Source of the DNA: a virus
Lineage: Duplodnaviria > Caudoviricetes
IMG/VR virus record: IMGVR_UViG_3300028888_000093
Location: 27,345 to 91,344 of that record
DNA length: 64,000 nucleotides
Direction: 5' to 3' (one strand)
A program made the position numbers and the translations under genes. Positions 21,464 through 32,600 of the stretch are shown here, piece by piece (positions within the stretch are counted from its first letter, which is position 1; each line of letters opens with the position of its first letter). The notes under the pieces are model-generated. The model saw nothing but the letters and a program-made list of their open reading frames with translations. It did no database searches and was not told the DNA's origin.

Positions 21464-22327
21464 ATGAGTAACGGACTGTTTGGAACAATAAGGCCAGCAA
21501 ATATAAACATCAGTGAAGATGTTGAAATTTTATACTACTACAGACCGACAAGAGGAACTGGTAGCGACGATTTTGAGGGTTACAAATCATTAAACCCAAC
21601 AGACTGCCTTGTTTATTGTGTAACTGATGAGGAACACGACAGAATAAACGGCGTCTACGATTTAAGACTTCCACTTGATGAATTTAACATGAAGGGATTT
21701 TATAGTGTTTATATCAGACCTAAAGAGTGCAAGACAAAAATTATAGACGTTAGTGTTCTTGCAAGCTATCCAGATGTTAACGGAATAGTGTTGAATGTCA
21801 CACAAGGAGAACTTGCTGGTATTTCTGATTTGACAGGATACAGGATAGAGTTCGAAGACGGGACATCAAGACTTATCAAATCATGCAATCGCTGTGAACC
21901 AGTTTCGGTGAACATAGGTGACGGATATCCTACCGTTACCAGGTACAACCTTGTCGACACTTCCAGCAGTTATGTTTTCTGCACGGTTAGTCCGTCTTCA
22001 GCTCCGTCATTCAAACCAAATGCAACTCCGTATATAGGAACACCAACCGAGGAAATAAAAGTCATCAACACAAAGTTCGCACCACAATTAATTGAAATTG
22101 AAATGGTTGAACATGACATCGAAACGCTAACATATAGTGTTGAGGGTGACCAAGTTAGAGACAGGGACAATGGTATTTTGACAACATATAACGATGAGAA
22201 GGAAATTTACAAACAATTTGATTTCTATACCGTAAAGAGTAAACTTGGAAAGGAATTGTATGACGTTAAACGCGAAAGAGTCCTGATTGATAACACACAA
22301 ACATATGACAATGTTGTAAAGGAATAG
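21464..22327 (+). CDS. Virion structural protein (baseplate/tail region)
   Basis: 287-aa ORF tightly coupled in the structural operon. Confidence 0.55.
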   Translation: MSNGLFGTIRPANINISEDVEILYYYRPTRGTGSDDFEGYKSLNPTDCLVYCVTDEEHDRINGVYDLRLPLDEFNMKGFYSVYIRPKECKTKIIDVSVLASYPDVNGIVLNVTQGELAGISDLTGYRIEFEDGTSRLIKSCNRCEPVSVNIGDGYPTVTRYNLVDTSSSYVFCTVSPSSAPSFKPNATPYIGTPTEEIKVINTKFAPQLIEIEMVEHDIETLTYSVEGDQVRDRDNGILTTYNDEKEIYKQFDFYTVKSKLGKELYDVKRERVLIDNTQTYDNVVKE

Positions 22328-22331
22328 TGAT

Positions 22332-25292
22332 ATGGCAAGAAGAAACCAATATATTAAAAGCAAAGCCGATTTTGTCTTAAGAAGACATCACATGACAACC
22401 ACTGAGGGTGTTGTGTTCGAAAATGACAAATTCACAATAATGCCAGAGGATAATCCGTATGACAATGGCAGGATAATATCTTTTTCCGATTCAAATTTCA
22501 AATTCAAAAAAAACCTTGAGCCTTATACACAAAAAAAGCTGCATAACGGAAATTGGATTAGTCCTGAAAACGACGGTTTTTCCGATTTTTGGACGATTGA
22601 CAATTGTGTCAGTGGAATATCAACAAGTGAATACCACATAGAACCGAATCCAGATTGCACAACACTTAAAACTTTTGCTTATTTTGGGTCAGCTGTCGAA
22701 TTGGTGAATGCAACAATCAAAGACATTATCCTACATTATCCTGGAGGAATATATTACCTTGGAGGAAAAGCCGAAGAGGTTGTGGTGGATGGTCAGACAT
22801 ATTATACAATGGCAAATGATTTTGAAATAGACATTTTGGCCACTCATTGCGCCGAAGAGGACGTCGAAAATCCAATGAGAATTTTAAGTGCAAGTTATTC
22901 AAAATACATGGACCCTACAACCAAAGAGCCTATAGCACAACCGATACTTGTGAATATTGGAGATTGGTGTTACAATTCTATTGTTGCTGAAGTCAATGTA
23001 AATGGGGTATCACTGTTTGTCTATTTGGATAATGATGGAAATAAACAATTATTAACAGTCAACAACTCGCATTCTGAAGGGGAGCCACTGATTGTTCCAA
23101 CATATGATGTTTTTGCTGAAATGTACAATAAGTTGGATGATTTTTCAAAAGTTTTGTTGAATCTCACAACAAATCCGCTGTTTACTGCGAATTTCAAAAC
23201 AACATATTTTGCAAATGACGGATATAAGTATCGTAATGAAATGTATACTTTCCCTTCAATGCAGTATAATGAGTGGTTTACTCCACGCATAAACGGTGGT
23301 TCGTTTAACAAATATTATGACAGGCTGATTAGGCTTGCCGAATATCATGACGAATATGATTCATTCAATATATGGCGAATGCTGACACATGAGTCAATCA
23401 AGAACCTTGACTGGACAACCACAAGTGATAATTTGGATGAAGGTGATTTTGATTCAACAAGAATGAAAATCATGCTCACATTATATGGAAGACAATATGA
23501 CGACTTGAAGCGTTATGCTGACAATATAAAGGACATCACATCTGTAACATATAGCAATAACGGAAGTATTCCGAATTATTTTCTGACGGATGTTCTTGAA
23601 AACGACGGGTGGGATGCATTCATGGTAAACCCGTCAAATGACAATACCGTGCAAACAGATGTCATTTACAAATATTCGACAGTATGCGGACATACAAGCA
23701 GCGACGCGAACATTGGTTTTATGAAGCGTTTGGCTTTGAATTCAAATTACATAAAATCATTAAAAGGTACAAAGCGTGGAATTGAGACAATGTTGAATCT
23801 GTTCGGTCTAAAAAATGACCAGGATAACAATGGTGTGCCTGGCACATACCAGATGCATGAATATGTGGCAATTGCCACTGAATTTCCAAGCTATGACGAT
23901 ATCAGGTTTGCAATAGAACAAGCCGATGATTATGAGGATAATGTATACCCTTATGACACAATACCAGCAGCACTTGTGCAATTAACTGAAGACCCAGTTG
24001 ACGCTGGTTCTACAAATTACTTTATACCGTGGTTTGACAACAAAAACCCGAAGACTGGATACATGTATTTCCAAATGAACGGCGGTTGGGAAAAAACTGG
24101 AGAAAAGAAGATAAATTTGGACATTACCGCTTTATCCTCAATCACGTCAACAAGTGATTTTGATTTGTACAATGAGACGGTTCCATATATGAAATTTTTA
24201 CAGGATACAAAATCATTAACCGCTTTGACTTCGAATCAAATAGACGAAGGAATGGTGTGCTATGTCCATGACATTAGTGATTTGTATGGCGGATATCATG
24301 GTAATGATGAGGATGATGAAATAATAAGGGAAACGAGTGGAAATTGCTTTTCACATTATTTCATATTGAAAAACGCAGACCTTTCAACAGTTATTGGGTT
24401 TGTTAGGCCAACAGACAGTGACGGATTATATAATTGCTACGGATGGAGAAATATATTCACCAGAGAGTATGAAGGTGTGTTACCAGAATATGAAATAACA
24501 TGTGACGGAATGAAAGTGCTTTATCTTGAATCCATTATAAATTATGGTATAGGAAACAATCCTCACGTCGGCTTCAGTCATTATGATGACGGAATTGAAT
24601 ATCTGGAATATTTCAACCAATTGTTTAAATATCGTTTGGATAACAACCTGTTTTCCAGACTTGCATACGGAAATGCATATGTGACAGAAGACAGTATCAA
24701 GGAAATTGGTTTCAAGATAGATTACGATTTGCTTGTTGATGACGAAAAATGCCACTATTTCATATCAGACCAGGAAAGAAGGAATGTCATACCTAATGAC
24801 GATATGGTTTTTGGACTTGGTGAGGATGATGATACCAATGGAATTGAATCACCAGTTTTGGTTACAATAGGAGAAGCGGACGCTGATGATGAACCGTCCA
24901 ATTGGTCCGCCGCCGATTCATTTTACTCCATGTTGACAGTACCAGAACAAGAAGAAAGCGCAACAAATTTTGACGAACCAGCATCATTTTCGGTTGTAAA
25001 TGTCAAAAACTTTAACATAAATTTTGTCACTAACGGAAATCAGTATCTCAGGGATTATATCGTAAATGCTGTCATGCCTTATTTGGAACACATGATTCCG
25101 TCAACAACAATATTCAGATACACATTTGACGGAGACCATGCAAATGCAATTCCAATTGATTATGGATTCGGATACGGAATTCCGACACACACAGCGACAG
25201 GTGACGGTGTTTCCTTGGTTCCAGAAAACGAAACCGTTTTAGGCGAATATGACGTCGAAAACAATATGGTAAGCGGAATGATTCAAGAATAA
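22332..25292 (+). CDS. Baseplate protein with tail protein I/gp7-like segment
   Basis: 'RLALNSNYIKSLKGTKRGIETMLNLFG' matches the KGT..I...L..FG motif of P2 gpI/gp7-like baseplate proteins. Confidence 0.6.
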   Translation: MARRNQYIKSKADFVLRRHHMTTTEGVVFENDKFTIMPEDNPYDNGRIISFSDSNFKFKKNLEPYTQKKLHNGNWISPENDGFSDFWTIDNCVSGISTSEYHIEPNPDCTTLKTFAYFGSAVELVNATIKDIILHYPGGIYYLGGKAEEVVVDGQTYYTMANDFEIDILATHCAEEDVENPMRILSASYSKYMDPTTKEPIAQPILVNIGDWCYNSIVAEVNVNGVSLFVYLDNDGNKQLLTVNNSHSEGEPLIVPTYDVFAEMYNKLDDFSKVLLNLTTNPLFTANFKTTYFANDGYKYRNEMYTFPSMQYNEWFTPRINGGSFNKYYDRLIRLAEYHDEYDSFNIWRMLTHESIKNLDWTTTSDNLDEGDFDSTRMKIMLTLYGRQYDDLKRYADNIKDITSVTYSNNGSIPNYFLTDVLENDGWDAFMVNPSNDNTVQTDVIYKYSTVCGHTSSDANIGFMKRLALNSNYIKSLKGTKRGIETMLNLFGLKNDQDNNGVPGTYQMHEYVAIATEFPSYDDIRFAIEQADDYEDNVYPYDTIPAALVQLTEDPVDAGSTNYFIPWFDNKNPKTGYMYFQMNGGWEKTGEKKINLDITALSSITSTSDFDLYNETVPYMKFLQDTKSLTALTSNQIDEGMVCYVHDISDLYGGYHGNDEDDEIIRETSGNCFSHYFILKNADLSTVIGFVRPTDSDGLYNCYGWRNIFTREYEGVLPEYEITCDGMKVLYLESIINYGIGNNPHVGFSHYDDGIEYLEYFNQLFKYRLDNNLFSRLAYGNAYVTEDSIKEIGFKIDYDLLVDDEKCHYFISDQERRNVIPNDDMVFGLGEDDDTNGIESPVLVTIGEADADDEPSNWSAADSFYSMLTVPEQEESATNFDEPASFSVVNVKNFNINFVTNGNQYLRDYIVNAVMPYLEHMIPSTTIFRYTFDGDHANAIPIDYGFGYGIPTHTATGDGVSLVPENETVLGEYDVENNMVSGMIQE

Positions 25293-25320
25293 TAACAAGT
25301 GATTTCAATATAAAACAAAT

Positions 25321-26145
25321 ATGTCTAAAATTTTCAGTTGGAAGGTTGGTTCTGGCAAATACGCATATCTTATACCATCCGAAGAAACTAACAAATACAT
25401 AAGGAACAGGATTACAGACACCGACAAACTGTTGGACATGTCGCACATAATCGACCAATACACGGAATCTGAATATGAAAATGCATTCAATTCACTTAAA
25501 GAAGAGGTGGAAGCGGCTTATGGATACAATCTTGGTGATTATTCACAATATTACAATGTTTCCAACGATGATTTGTCAAGGCTTGTATTGCTAACAGGTA
25601 AAGATGCTGATAACACTCTGGTTTCAAGACTCACACAGACAGATTACAATAATATTCAAACTATGATAAATCAAGCTATTGAACAGTTGAGACAGGAGGT
25701 GATGCTTAATAATACAACAATAGTGACCAATGTTCAGTCGGTTGCAAGCGCATGTGTCAGTAATGCAATTGAAGAACTTGATGATACCACAAACAGACTT
25801 GAAAGTCTTAATGAAAGACTTGAAATTACAAATGCCGAAGCGGTAAGAAATATTGACGATATGAGAAACATTTTGTCAACAGATGACGGGGATATAACTC
25901 TGCAAATGATGGTTAATTCATATAAAACAGTTACGGAATCACAAGCGTGGATGAACTCAAACAGGGATATATTACAGACAATGACAATAGATTACGGAGT
26001 GGCATATGAAGAACTTGGAGGTGAGTCGAATTCCGTCTTTAAAACAATGGCTAACAATATCAACAGAAGCAATTCGGCGATAACCGACATTGAAAAAGAA
26101 ATATCAAAAAGTGCAATTCCTTTTGGTGATGGTGATGAAGTTTAA
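25321..26145 (+). CDS. Coiled-coil hypothetical protein
   Basis: 274-aa ORF with heptad-like helices. Confidence 0.55.
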   Translation: MSKIFSWKVGSGKYAYLIPSEETNKYIRNRITDTDKLLDMSHIIDQYTESEYENAFNSLKEEVEAAYGYNLGDYSQYYNVSNDDLSRLVLLTGKDADNTLVSRLTQTDYNNIQTMINQAIEQLRQEVMLNNTTIVTNVQSVASACVSNAIEELDDTTNRLESLNERLEITNAEAVRNIDDMRNILSTDDGDITLQMMVNSYKTVTESQAWMNSNRDILQTMTIDYGVAYEELGGESNSVFKTMANNINRSNSAITDIEKEISKSAIPFGDGDEV

Positions 26146-26166
26146 AATTGATTTTTCATTTGTAAC

Positions 26167-26191
26167 GGGCGGTATTTAATACCGCCTTTTT
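26167..26191 (+). terminator. Rho-independent terminator ending the baseplate operon
   Basis: ggcggtat-tta-ataccgcc stem + T run. Confidence 0.75.
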
Positions 26192-26239
26192 GTTTTTCTA
26201 CCTATTTATATGTAAAGAATTTTTTTAGAAAAATAGTAT

Positions 26240-27223
26240 ATGGCTAGACAAGTAATAAATAAGCATGTATCAAACGCTTCGGACATTCATTACTTGAATT
26301 TTGAATATTTGGGTGAGATTGTTATTTGCAATGAGGCGGGTAATGAAGGTATTTATGTCATTAATACAAATCACGAGCCTGTTAAGATAGGTTCTTGGAG
26401 TGGAGACATTGATGTTGATACAGATAGGATTATTCAAGATTTAAAAGGTTGGGTTACAGCTAATTTTGCATCAGCAAGTGATATAACCAATCTTCAGGAA
26501 CAAATAGACAATATCAGCATTGATATTGACGAGGAAAAGGTGAAGGAGATTGTGAATGGTGAAATCGAGAAATTGGTTGATTCGGCTTCGACTGATTTCA
26601 ATACACTTGGAAAGATAGAGAGATGGATAAAAGAACATCCTTCCGATGTTGACCCGCAATTGGTTGCGGATGTTGAAAGCCTTAAGGCAATTTCAGCAGA
26701 TACAAGGATTAGTGAATTGGAATCCATTTCAGCTGGAACAAGACTTGATACAATCGAAGACAAAATAGATGGCATTGTAAAGAACAACGACCATTTCGTA
26801 ATGACATACCAAGAATACCTGACATTGATTACAAGCGGAAGTGTTGTTGTGAACGACCAATATATATCTTATAGTGATGACCATTTTTATTGTATATACG
26901 AGAGTGATAGCCCAGAACCAACGCCAGAGCCAGAAAGTGGAGGAACCATAATAAGTGGAGACACGGTTATATTTGGCGATGGATATCCATATGACGACGG
27001 TTCATCAACGGGAGAAGCACCATCGTTGTATATTGGAACGATTGAAGACGAGGGTGATGGTGTGATTGTTGTTGATTGGCTTGCTGGCAGCGATAGTGAC
27101 ACACCAGACCATGATATAGATGATGATACAATAATCATTAATGACACATATGATGAGGACTCTGCATCAATAAATTTGGGAACGGTTGAAATTGATGAAC
27201 AAAACGGAATAATCACATTATAG
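26240..27223 (+). CDS. Acidic fibre-like virion protein
   Basis: N-terminal LGEIVI motif, DFNTLGKIE fibre-shaft motif, coiled coil, PE linker; CCTATTTAT upstream at 26201. Confidence 0.55.
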   Translation: MARQVINKHVSNASDIHYLNFEYLGEIVICNEAGNEGIYVINTNHEPVKIGSWSGDIDVDTDRIIQDLKGWVTANFASASDITNLQEQIDNISIDIDEEKVKEIVNGEIEKLVDSASTDFNTLGKIERWIKEHPSDVDPQLVADVESLKAISADTRISELESISAGTRLDTIEDKIDGIVKNNDHFVMTYQEYLTLITSGSVVVNDQYISYSDDHFYCIYESDSPEPTPEPESGGTIISGDTVIFGDGYPYDDGSSTGEAPSLYIGTIEDEGDGVIVVDWLAGSDSDTPDHDIDDDTIIINDTYDEDSASINLGTVEIDEQNGIITL

Positions 27224-27247
27224 AATAATTAATAAAAATTAATAAAT

Positions 27248-29380
27248 ATGGCATACGTAAAACAATTTAAAGCTAAGAAAAGCACTGGTGAAGAAGTGCT
27301 TCTTGATATTTATGCAGCATCAGCTGATTTGGCAACCTATGCAATTGAGGCTGAAACCGCACTTGGTGTAAATGGAATATATGTGAATACAAGCAATAAT
27401 TTTGAAATAAATGCAGCAGCCGCTGGTGGTGAAAAACTAAACCTTGTTGCTGGAGATGCAATACAGGTCAAACCTGGCGATGGTGAGCCTTTGCAACTCG
27501 ATTGTGAACAAAACAGTGTTGACATTAATGAATATGGAATTAAGGTTTGCAATGGTGCAATGCCAAAGAATACACGTGTTGTCGGTTTGAAATTGAATGC
27601 CGCTGAGCTTACCGTTGACACACAAAAGGCAAACACTAGTGAATTTGATATTGATGAATTCAATGTTAAAGTGCGCAATGATAAATGGAATGGCGGAGAA
27701 CAAGTTGGCTCAACAGGTCCTATTTACCTTAAAGTGAAAGCGCGTGCCATTGATATGAGATGCCATGACCATGGTGGTATTGCTTTACAAATAGCTGGAG
27801 CTGACAGCAATGGAAAAGAAAATAAAATAAAGTTCGAAAGTGACAGAACTTCAGAAATTGGTGCAATACCAGCGTATAACAAAGAAGGAGGAAAGGGTCT
27901 TGAATTTGGTACCTTCAACAACGAACACGCTTCATTATTCTGTGGGGATTATCGTTTCAAAGGAGATGCAAATGTATACGGCGTAACACGTAACACTCCA
28001 ACGACCGACCTCAAAGGTAAGACCGACTATCCAACTCAAAGTGATGATTTTAAAGATGTTATCAATGCTTCAACTCCGAAAGCCACTTGGAATGAAATTA
28101 TAGACGCAGCTAAAAAATGCGGTAACCTTGATGAAACAATTCGCGCAGAGGTTGCAAGACAGGCTTTAAACGGTGAAATAGACACAAGTGTATTTGTAAC
28201 AAAATCAGAGGTTGAAGATGTTGTTGCTTCAGCAATCAGCGAGGCGCATATCGACACAACTGGGTTGGCAACAGAACAATGGGTTCTTGACAAACGTTAT
28301 ATTGACGCTTTGCCTGATACAATCCAATATTTGAAGATGGGTAAGAGCAAAGGTAATTTTGCTGTTGATGTAACTGGAAAATACACATGGGAATTGACAA
28401 GTCCTAAATCAGCAACAACTGTTGATGAATATGGTGTGCCACACGCAAAAGGCGACAGAATTATCAACTATTCAAATGAAGCATTTTACTCTGACCCGAA
28501 TAAAGTTTATTATAAAGCAGTAATAGAGACAACTCTTGCCGACAACACTACTGTTGTTCCGATAGACACAATCGTTTATACTTCAGGATGTAATTTGACT
28601 TTCAATGTTCCAGAGGGTGCATATCAATATTATTTAATCGGTAACGGTGAAGCATCGTTTTATGAAGACCCAACAAAATATGTTTACCAGGGTACTAAAA
28701 ACATTTCAATAGCATATGGAGAAACAACACCAATAAAGAAAAAGGCTATTAAAAATCCGAACGATTTAACACAAGAAGAATTAGAGTATTACGATAGTCA
28801 AACACCAGAATACGATGAAGAAGGTTCTTTGATTGCTGGTTGGGAAAAAACTCCAATATGGAAAAAATCGACATTGTGGTCACAAAACGAAATCAACATT
28901 AATCTTGAAACAGATAGTAAAATAAAATTTGCTGGAAAGAAAATTGAAACTGTTTGGACTTATGAAGAAAATGGTGAGGATGTTGACCACAAAATGGATG
29001 ATATTTTACTTTCAACAAACACTTTGTCTACTGATGCAAATGAAGTCGTTTTTGAACAAAAGATTTCTAAAAACGGTGATAGAGAAGGTCAAGACAGTGA
29101 AATAGTGTATTCGTTCGGTAATAATGTTGCAGACGTTGAAAAGGTTCCAGACTTGTCTGCATTTATGGCTAATTATCGTTCAAAACATTCTGGTACCTAT
29201 ACAGATGAAGAACTTACAGCAAAATATAATGCATTTTTAGCTGAAGGCCAATCCTTTGAAATCAGAGTCAAAATCAGCGAGCTTCTTGGTCTTGTTGAAA
29301 GAGTTGCACAACTTGAAGCAAAGGTGGCACAGCTTGAAAACACTTCAACAGAACCAGAACAGACGAATCCTGGTGAATAA
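27248..29380 (+). CDS. Tail fibre/spike-like virion protein
   Basis: 710 aa; beta-rich N-half, LATEQWV shaft motif, C-terminal coiled coil. Confidence 0.5.
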   Translation: MAYVKQFKAKKSTGEEVLLDIYAASADLATYAIEAETALGVNGIYVNTSNNFEINAAAAGGEKLNLVAGDAIQVKPGDGEPLQLDCEQNSVDINEYGIKVCNGAMPKNTRVVGLKLNAAELTVDTQKANTSEFDIDEFNVKVRNDKWNGGEQVGSTGPIYLKVKARAIDMRCHDHGGIALQIAGADSNGKENKIKFESDRTSEIGAIPAYNKEGGKGLEFGTFNNEHASLFCGDYRFKGDANVYGVTRNTPTTDLKGKTDYPTQSDDFKDVINASTPKATWNEIIDAAKKCGNLDETIRAEVARQALNGEIDTSVFVTKSEVEDVVASAISEAHIDTTGLATEQWVLDKRYIDALPDTIQYLKMGKSKGNFAVDVTGKYTWELTSPKSATTVDEYGVPHAKGDRIINYSNEAFYSDPNKVYYKAVIETTLADNTTVVPIDTIVYTSGCNLTFNVPEGAYQYYLIGNGEASFYEDPTKYVYQGTKNISIAYGETTPIKKKAIKNPNDLTQEELEYYDSQTPEYDEEGSLIAGWEKTPIWKKSTLWSQNEININLETDSKIKFAGKKIETVWTYEENGEDVDHKMDDILLSTNTLSTDANEVVFEQKISKNGDREGQDSEIVYSFGNNVADVEKVPDLSAFMANYRSKHSGTYTDEELTAKYNAFLAEGQSFEIRVKISELLGLVERVAQLEAKVAQLENTSTEPEQTNPGE

Positions 29381-29400
29381 AAATTTGCACTTATTATATA

Positions 29401-29589
29401 ATGATTATAAAGGGTGGTCATCAAATAACTGATATTTATCATGGTAAGCTTCGGATTGTCGAGGTTTACCATGGTAAATCATTGGTATATAAACTAAAAA
29501 AAGAAGAATCAGAATCGTGTTTTGCTAACGGATATTGGATTAATGAATATCCATGGAGCAATAGCGATGGTTGGAAAAATGAAAATTAA
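29401..29589 (+). CDS. Small virion-associated protein
   Basis: 62 aa; IxxIYHG repeats and SCFANGYWINEYPW..GW C-terminus; precedes the giant protein. Confidence 0.6.
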   Translation: MIIKGGHQITDIYHGKLRIVEVYHGKSLVYKLKKEESESCFANGYWINEYPWSNSDGWKNEN

Positions 29590-29611
29590 AATATTTTTTA
29601 ACAAATAAAAT

Positions 29612-32600
29612 ATGGCAAATACTTACAACGAAAAAATAAACAGAACAACCGACTGGGGTGGAGATTTCAGTACCAGTGGATTGCCTGTGACAGGTTATAG
29701 GGTGCAGGAATTCATCAAAAGTGAATTATGGGGTAAAATAGGTTCTATATACAAGCCAGAGGGTGGAAACAAGGTTTATTGTTTCTCAAACGATGATGAC
29801 AAGCAGGAATTTATAGAGACTGGTAACGAATTATTGGCATTGTCATCATTTGAGACCGTATCAAATTTCAGTGTCAGAATCAATACTGAAACTCTTGTTA
29901 GGTCTTATAGTGTGATTAATGGAACAACAGGAAACACCATATCATTTCAATTTATGATTTCCGACAAGGATGGGATGATTTCAGATTCCAGAGCATCAAT
30001 TGAATATTCGTTCCTATCACAAGGAATTGTCCAAAAATATACGAATGAAGTTCAAATGAATGGTGATGGTTGGACAACAGTGACCAGTGAGGTTTTGGAT
30101 AGGTATTTGCGTAACGGTGAAAATACCATAACTATCGCCATAACGGGACTTTCAACAAAGACTACATCTCAGTTTATTGTAACGTACAACTTGTTTGATT
30201 TGTCGTATGAAACAATGTTTGAATACAATGTTGTTCAAACAGGAAATACTATTGCTGTTCCGTATATGGTGGAATGTACAGACACAAAATACTTGGTGTT
30301 TTATATTGATGGTGTTGAAGTGAATCCATATGAAAGCACCGTAATTGCCGATTATAGAAAAGACAGTACAGCGAATTTGAATATTTCCGATTTGGAACCT
30401 GGATTGCACACATTGCAAACATATGCATATGTTAGAGCTAATGATGGCACAATATTCAAATCAAACATTTATTATTATACATTTGCGGTTGACGGAAATG
30501 TCGCACCTTCATTTTTGATGTCATTGGTGCTACCGAACACACAATTAATTGCATTGAATGGTGCCGCATTGACTGTATATACCAAACAATTCGAACAAAT
30601 TCATTTTGACTGGTCCATGTACGATTACAGGGAGAGAAAACTGGTTGTTAATTTTGAATTCGCTGGAGATGTCATAACCAAAACAGTGGTCGACAAAAAC
30701 GGGGAAATAAACACATTTATGTTCAGACCAATGGATTATGGCTATGCGAAGCCTTTGATTGTCTATGCCCTCGACGATGAAGATAACAGGTTGTTCGAAT
30801 ATACTGTATATTTTGATGTTGAGGAAACTGATATGGGTATAAGGGAAACAACTGACGGCTTGTTGTTGAAACTCCAATCACAAGGAAGAAGAAACACTGA
30901 TTTGAATCGTGATAACTGGTCTTGTATTGGTAACGACGGTAATGAATATAAAGCCACATTTAACAATTTCACTTGGAGTGAACAGTGTGGATGGGATTCA
31001 AACACTGAATCGTTGGTTATTTCAAATGGTGCCACGGTTGGTTTCAATATCCAGCCAATGATAAATGAATGGGAGAGAAACGGCGGTACAATTGAAATAG
31101 ACCTTGAAACTTTTGACATTGAAGATGACAATGCGGTTATATGTGAGTGTTTCAATAGTATTCCAGAGAAACCTTCGGCTTATTTCAGGGTGACATCCAC
31201 AAAAGCTGAATTTTCAACAAAGGATGGTATTTCCATAAACACGAGATATAAAGACAATGAAAGGCTTAAAATCGCCTTTATCGGAAATAAGGTTGGAAAT
31301 CATGAGGACGGCAATTTGATTTATATTGTTGTCAATGGTGTTCTTGAGCGTGCCGCTTTGTATGAGGATACTGACAAATTGTATTCTGACGCATTTTTAC
31401 AAATAGGTAATCCTGACGGCTTGTGCAAGGTGAGATTGCGTTCAATCCGTGTTTATAACAAAGCAATAACGGTTGATGAAGCATTTAACAATTATGTTGT
31501 TGATTCTGATGATGTACAGACAATATATGAAAAAAACAATGTATTAAAACCTGGCACAAACGAAATCGGTTTTGATGAAGTGGCAAACAAACTTCCTGTG
31601 ATGATTTTCACAGGAGATATGGGTGAATTAGCCAAAAACGGGCAGGATAAAAAATGGAGATATTTTGATGTGGAATATATCAACAGGCAGGAACCAGCAA
31701 GAAATTTCGTATCTTTTAATTGCAGAATGAAACTTCAGGGTACATCTTCATTGGGTTATCCCCGTAAAAACTTCAAATTAAGTACAAAAGACAAGAATTT
31801 CAATAAAGACATCTATGCCGCATCAATTTATGAACTTGACCCGAATTCACAGATAAGCAATTTGATGCTTAGAAACAAGAGGACGGGCAAACAACTTGAT
31901 GTTGGTGATTTGAACGGTAATTGCTTCACGTTTGATTATGAAGGAAAACCTTTGAAAAAGGGTAAATATAGATTTAAAGAAGGAAGTCATAAAGCGGATA
32001 AATGGACACTTAAGGCTGATTTTATGGAATCATCTTGTTCACACAATGTTGCCGCTGGACGTAGTTGGAATGATATTTTTGAAAATACACTATTTGAATT
32101 AACTTTGGATGCTGGATATACGAATAACACATATAAGGATTCTGCGTTGGTTGATTCTAGAGAATATATTGAATACAACAGAGCAGATGGCGCACATTGT
32201 AAGATAAATAACAACACTGAAGAAATCAAAGCACAAAAGAAATATGTTTGCCGTACAGATGCACAAAAAATATGTCATGCTGAAAATGCGGACGATATAA
32301 GAACGGCGGTTGATGGTTTCCCAATGGTTTGTTTCTATAGAACGTCACATAAAACAAACAATCTTGTTTTTATGGGCCAATATAACTTTATAAATGATAA
32401 AGGTTCATATGAGGTTTTCGGCTTTGAGGATATTGAGAAACCAGACGACGAAGACACCTTTATTTATGATGCTTCAAAGGTTGAATGTTGGGAGGGTTTG
32501 AAAAACGCCAATCCAATTTCATTGTTCAAGACAATTGACAATTGGGAAGACCCTGAAGTTGGTTGGGCGTCAACATATGAGTCAAGATATCCAGACCCTG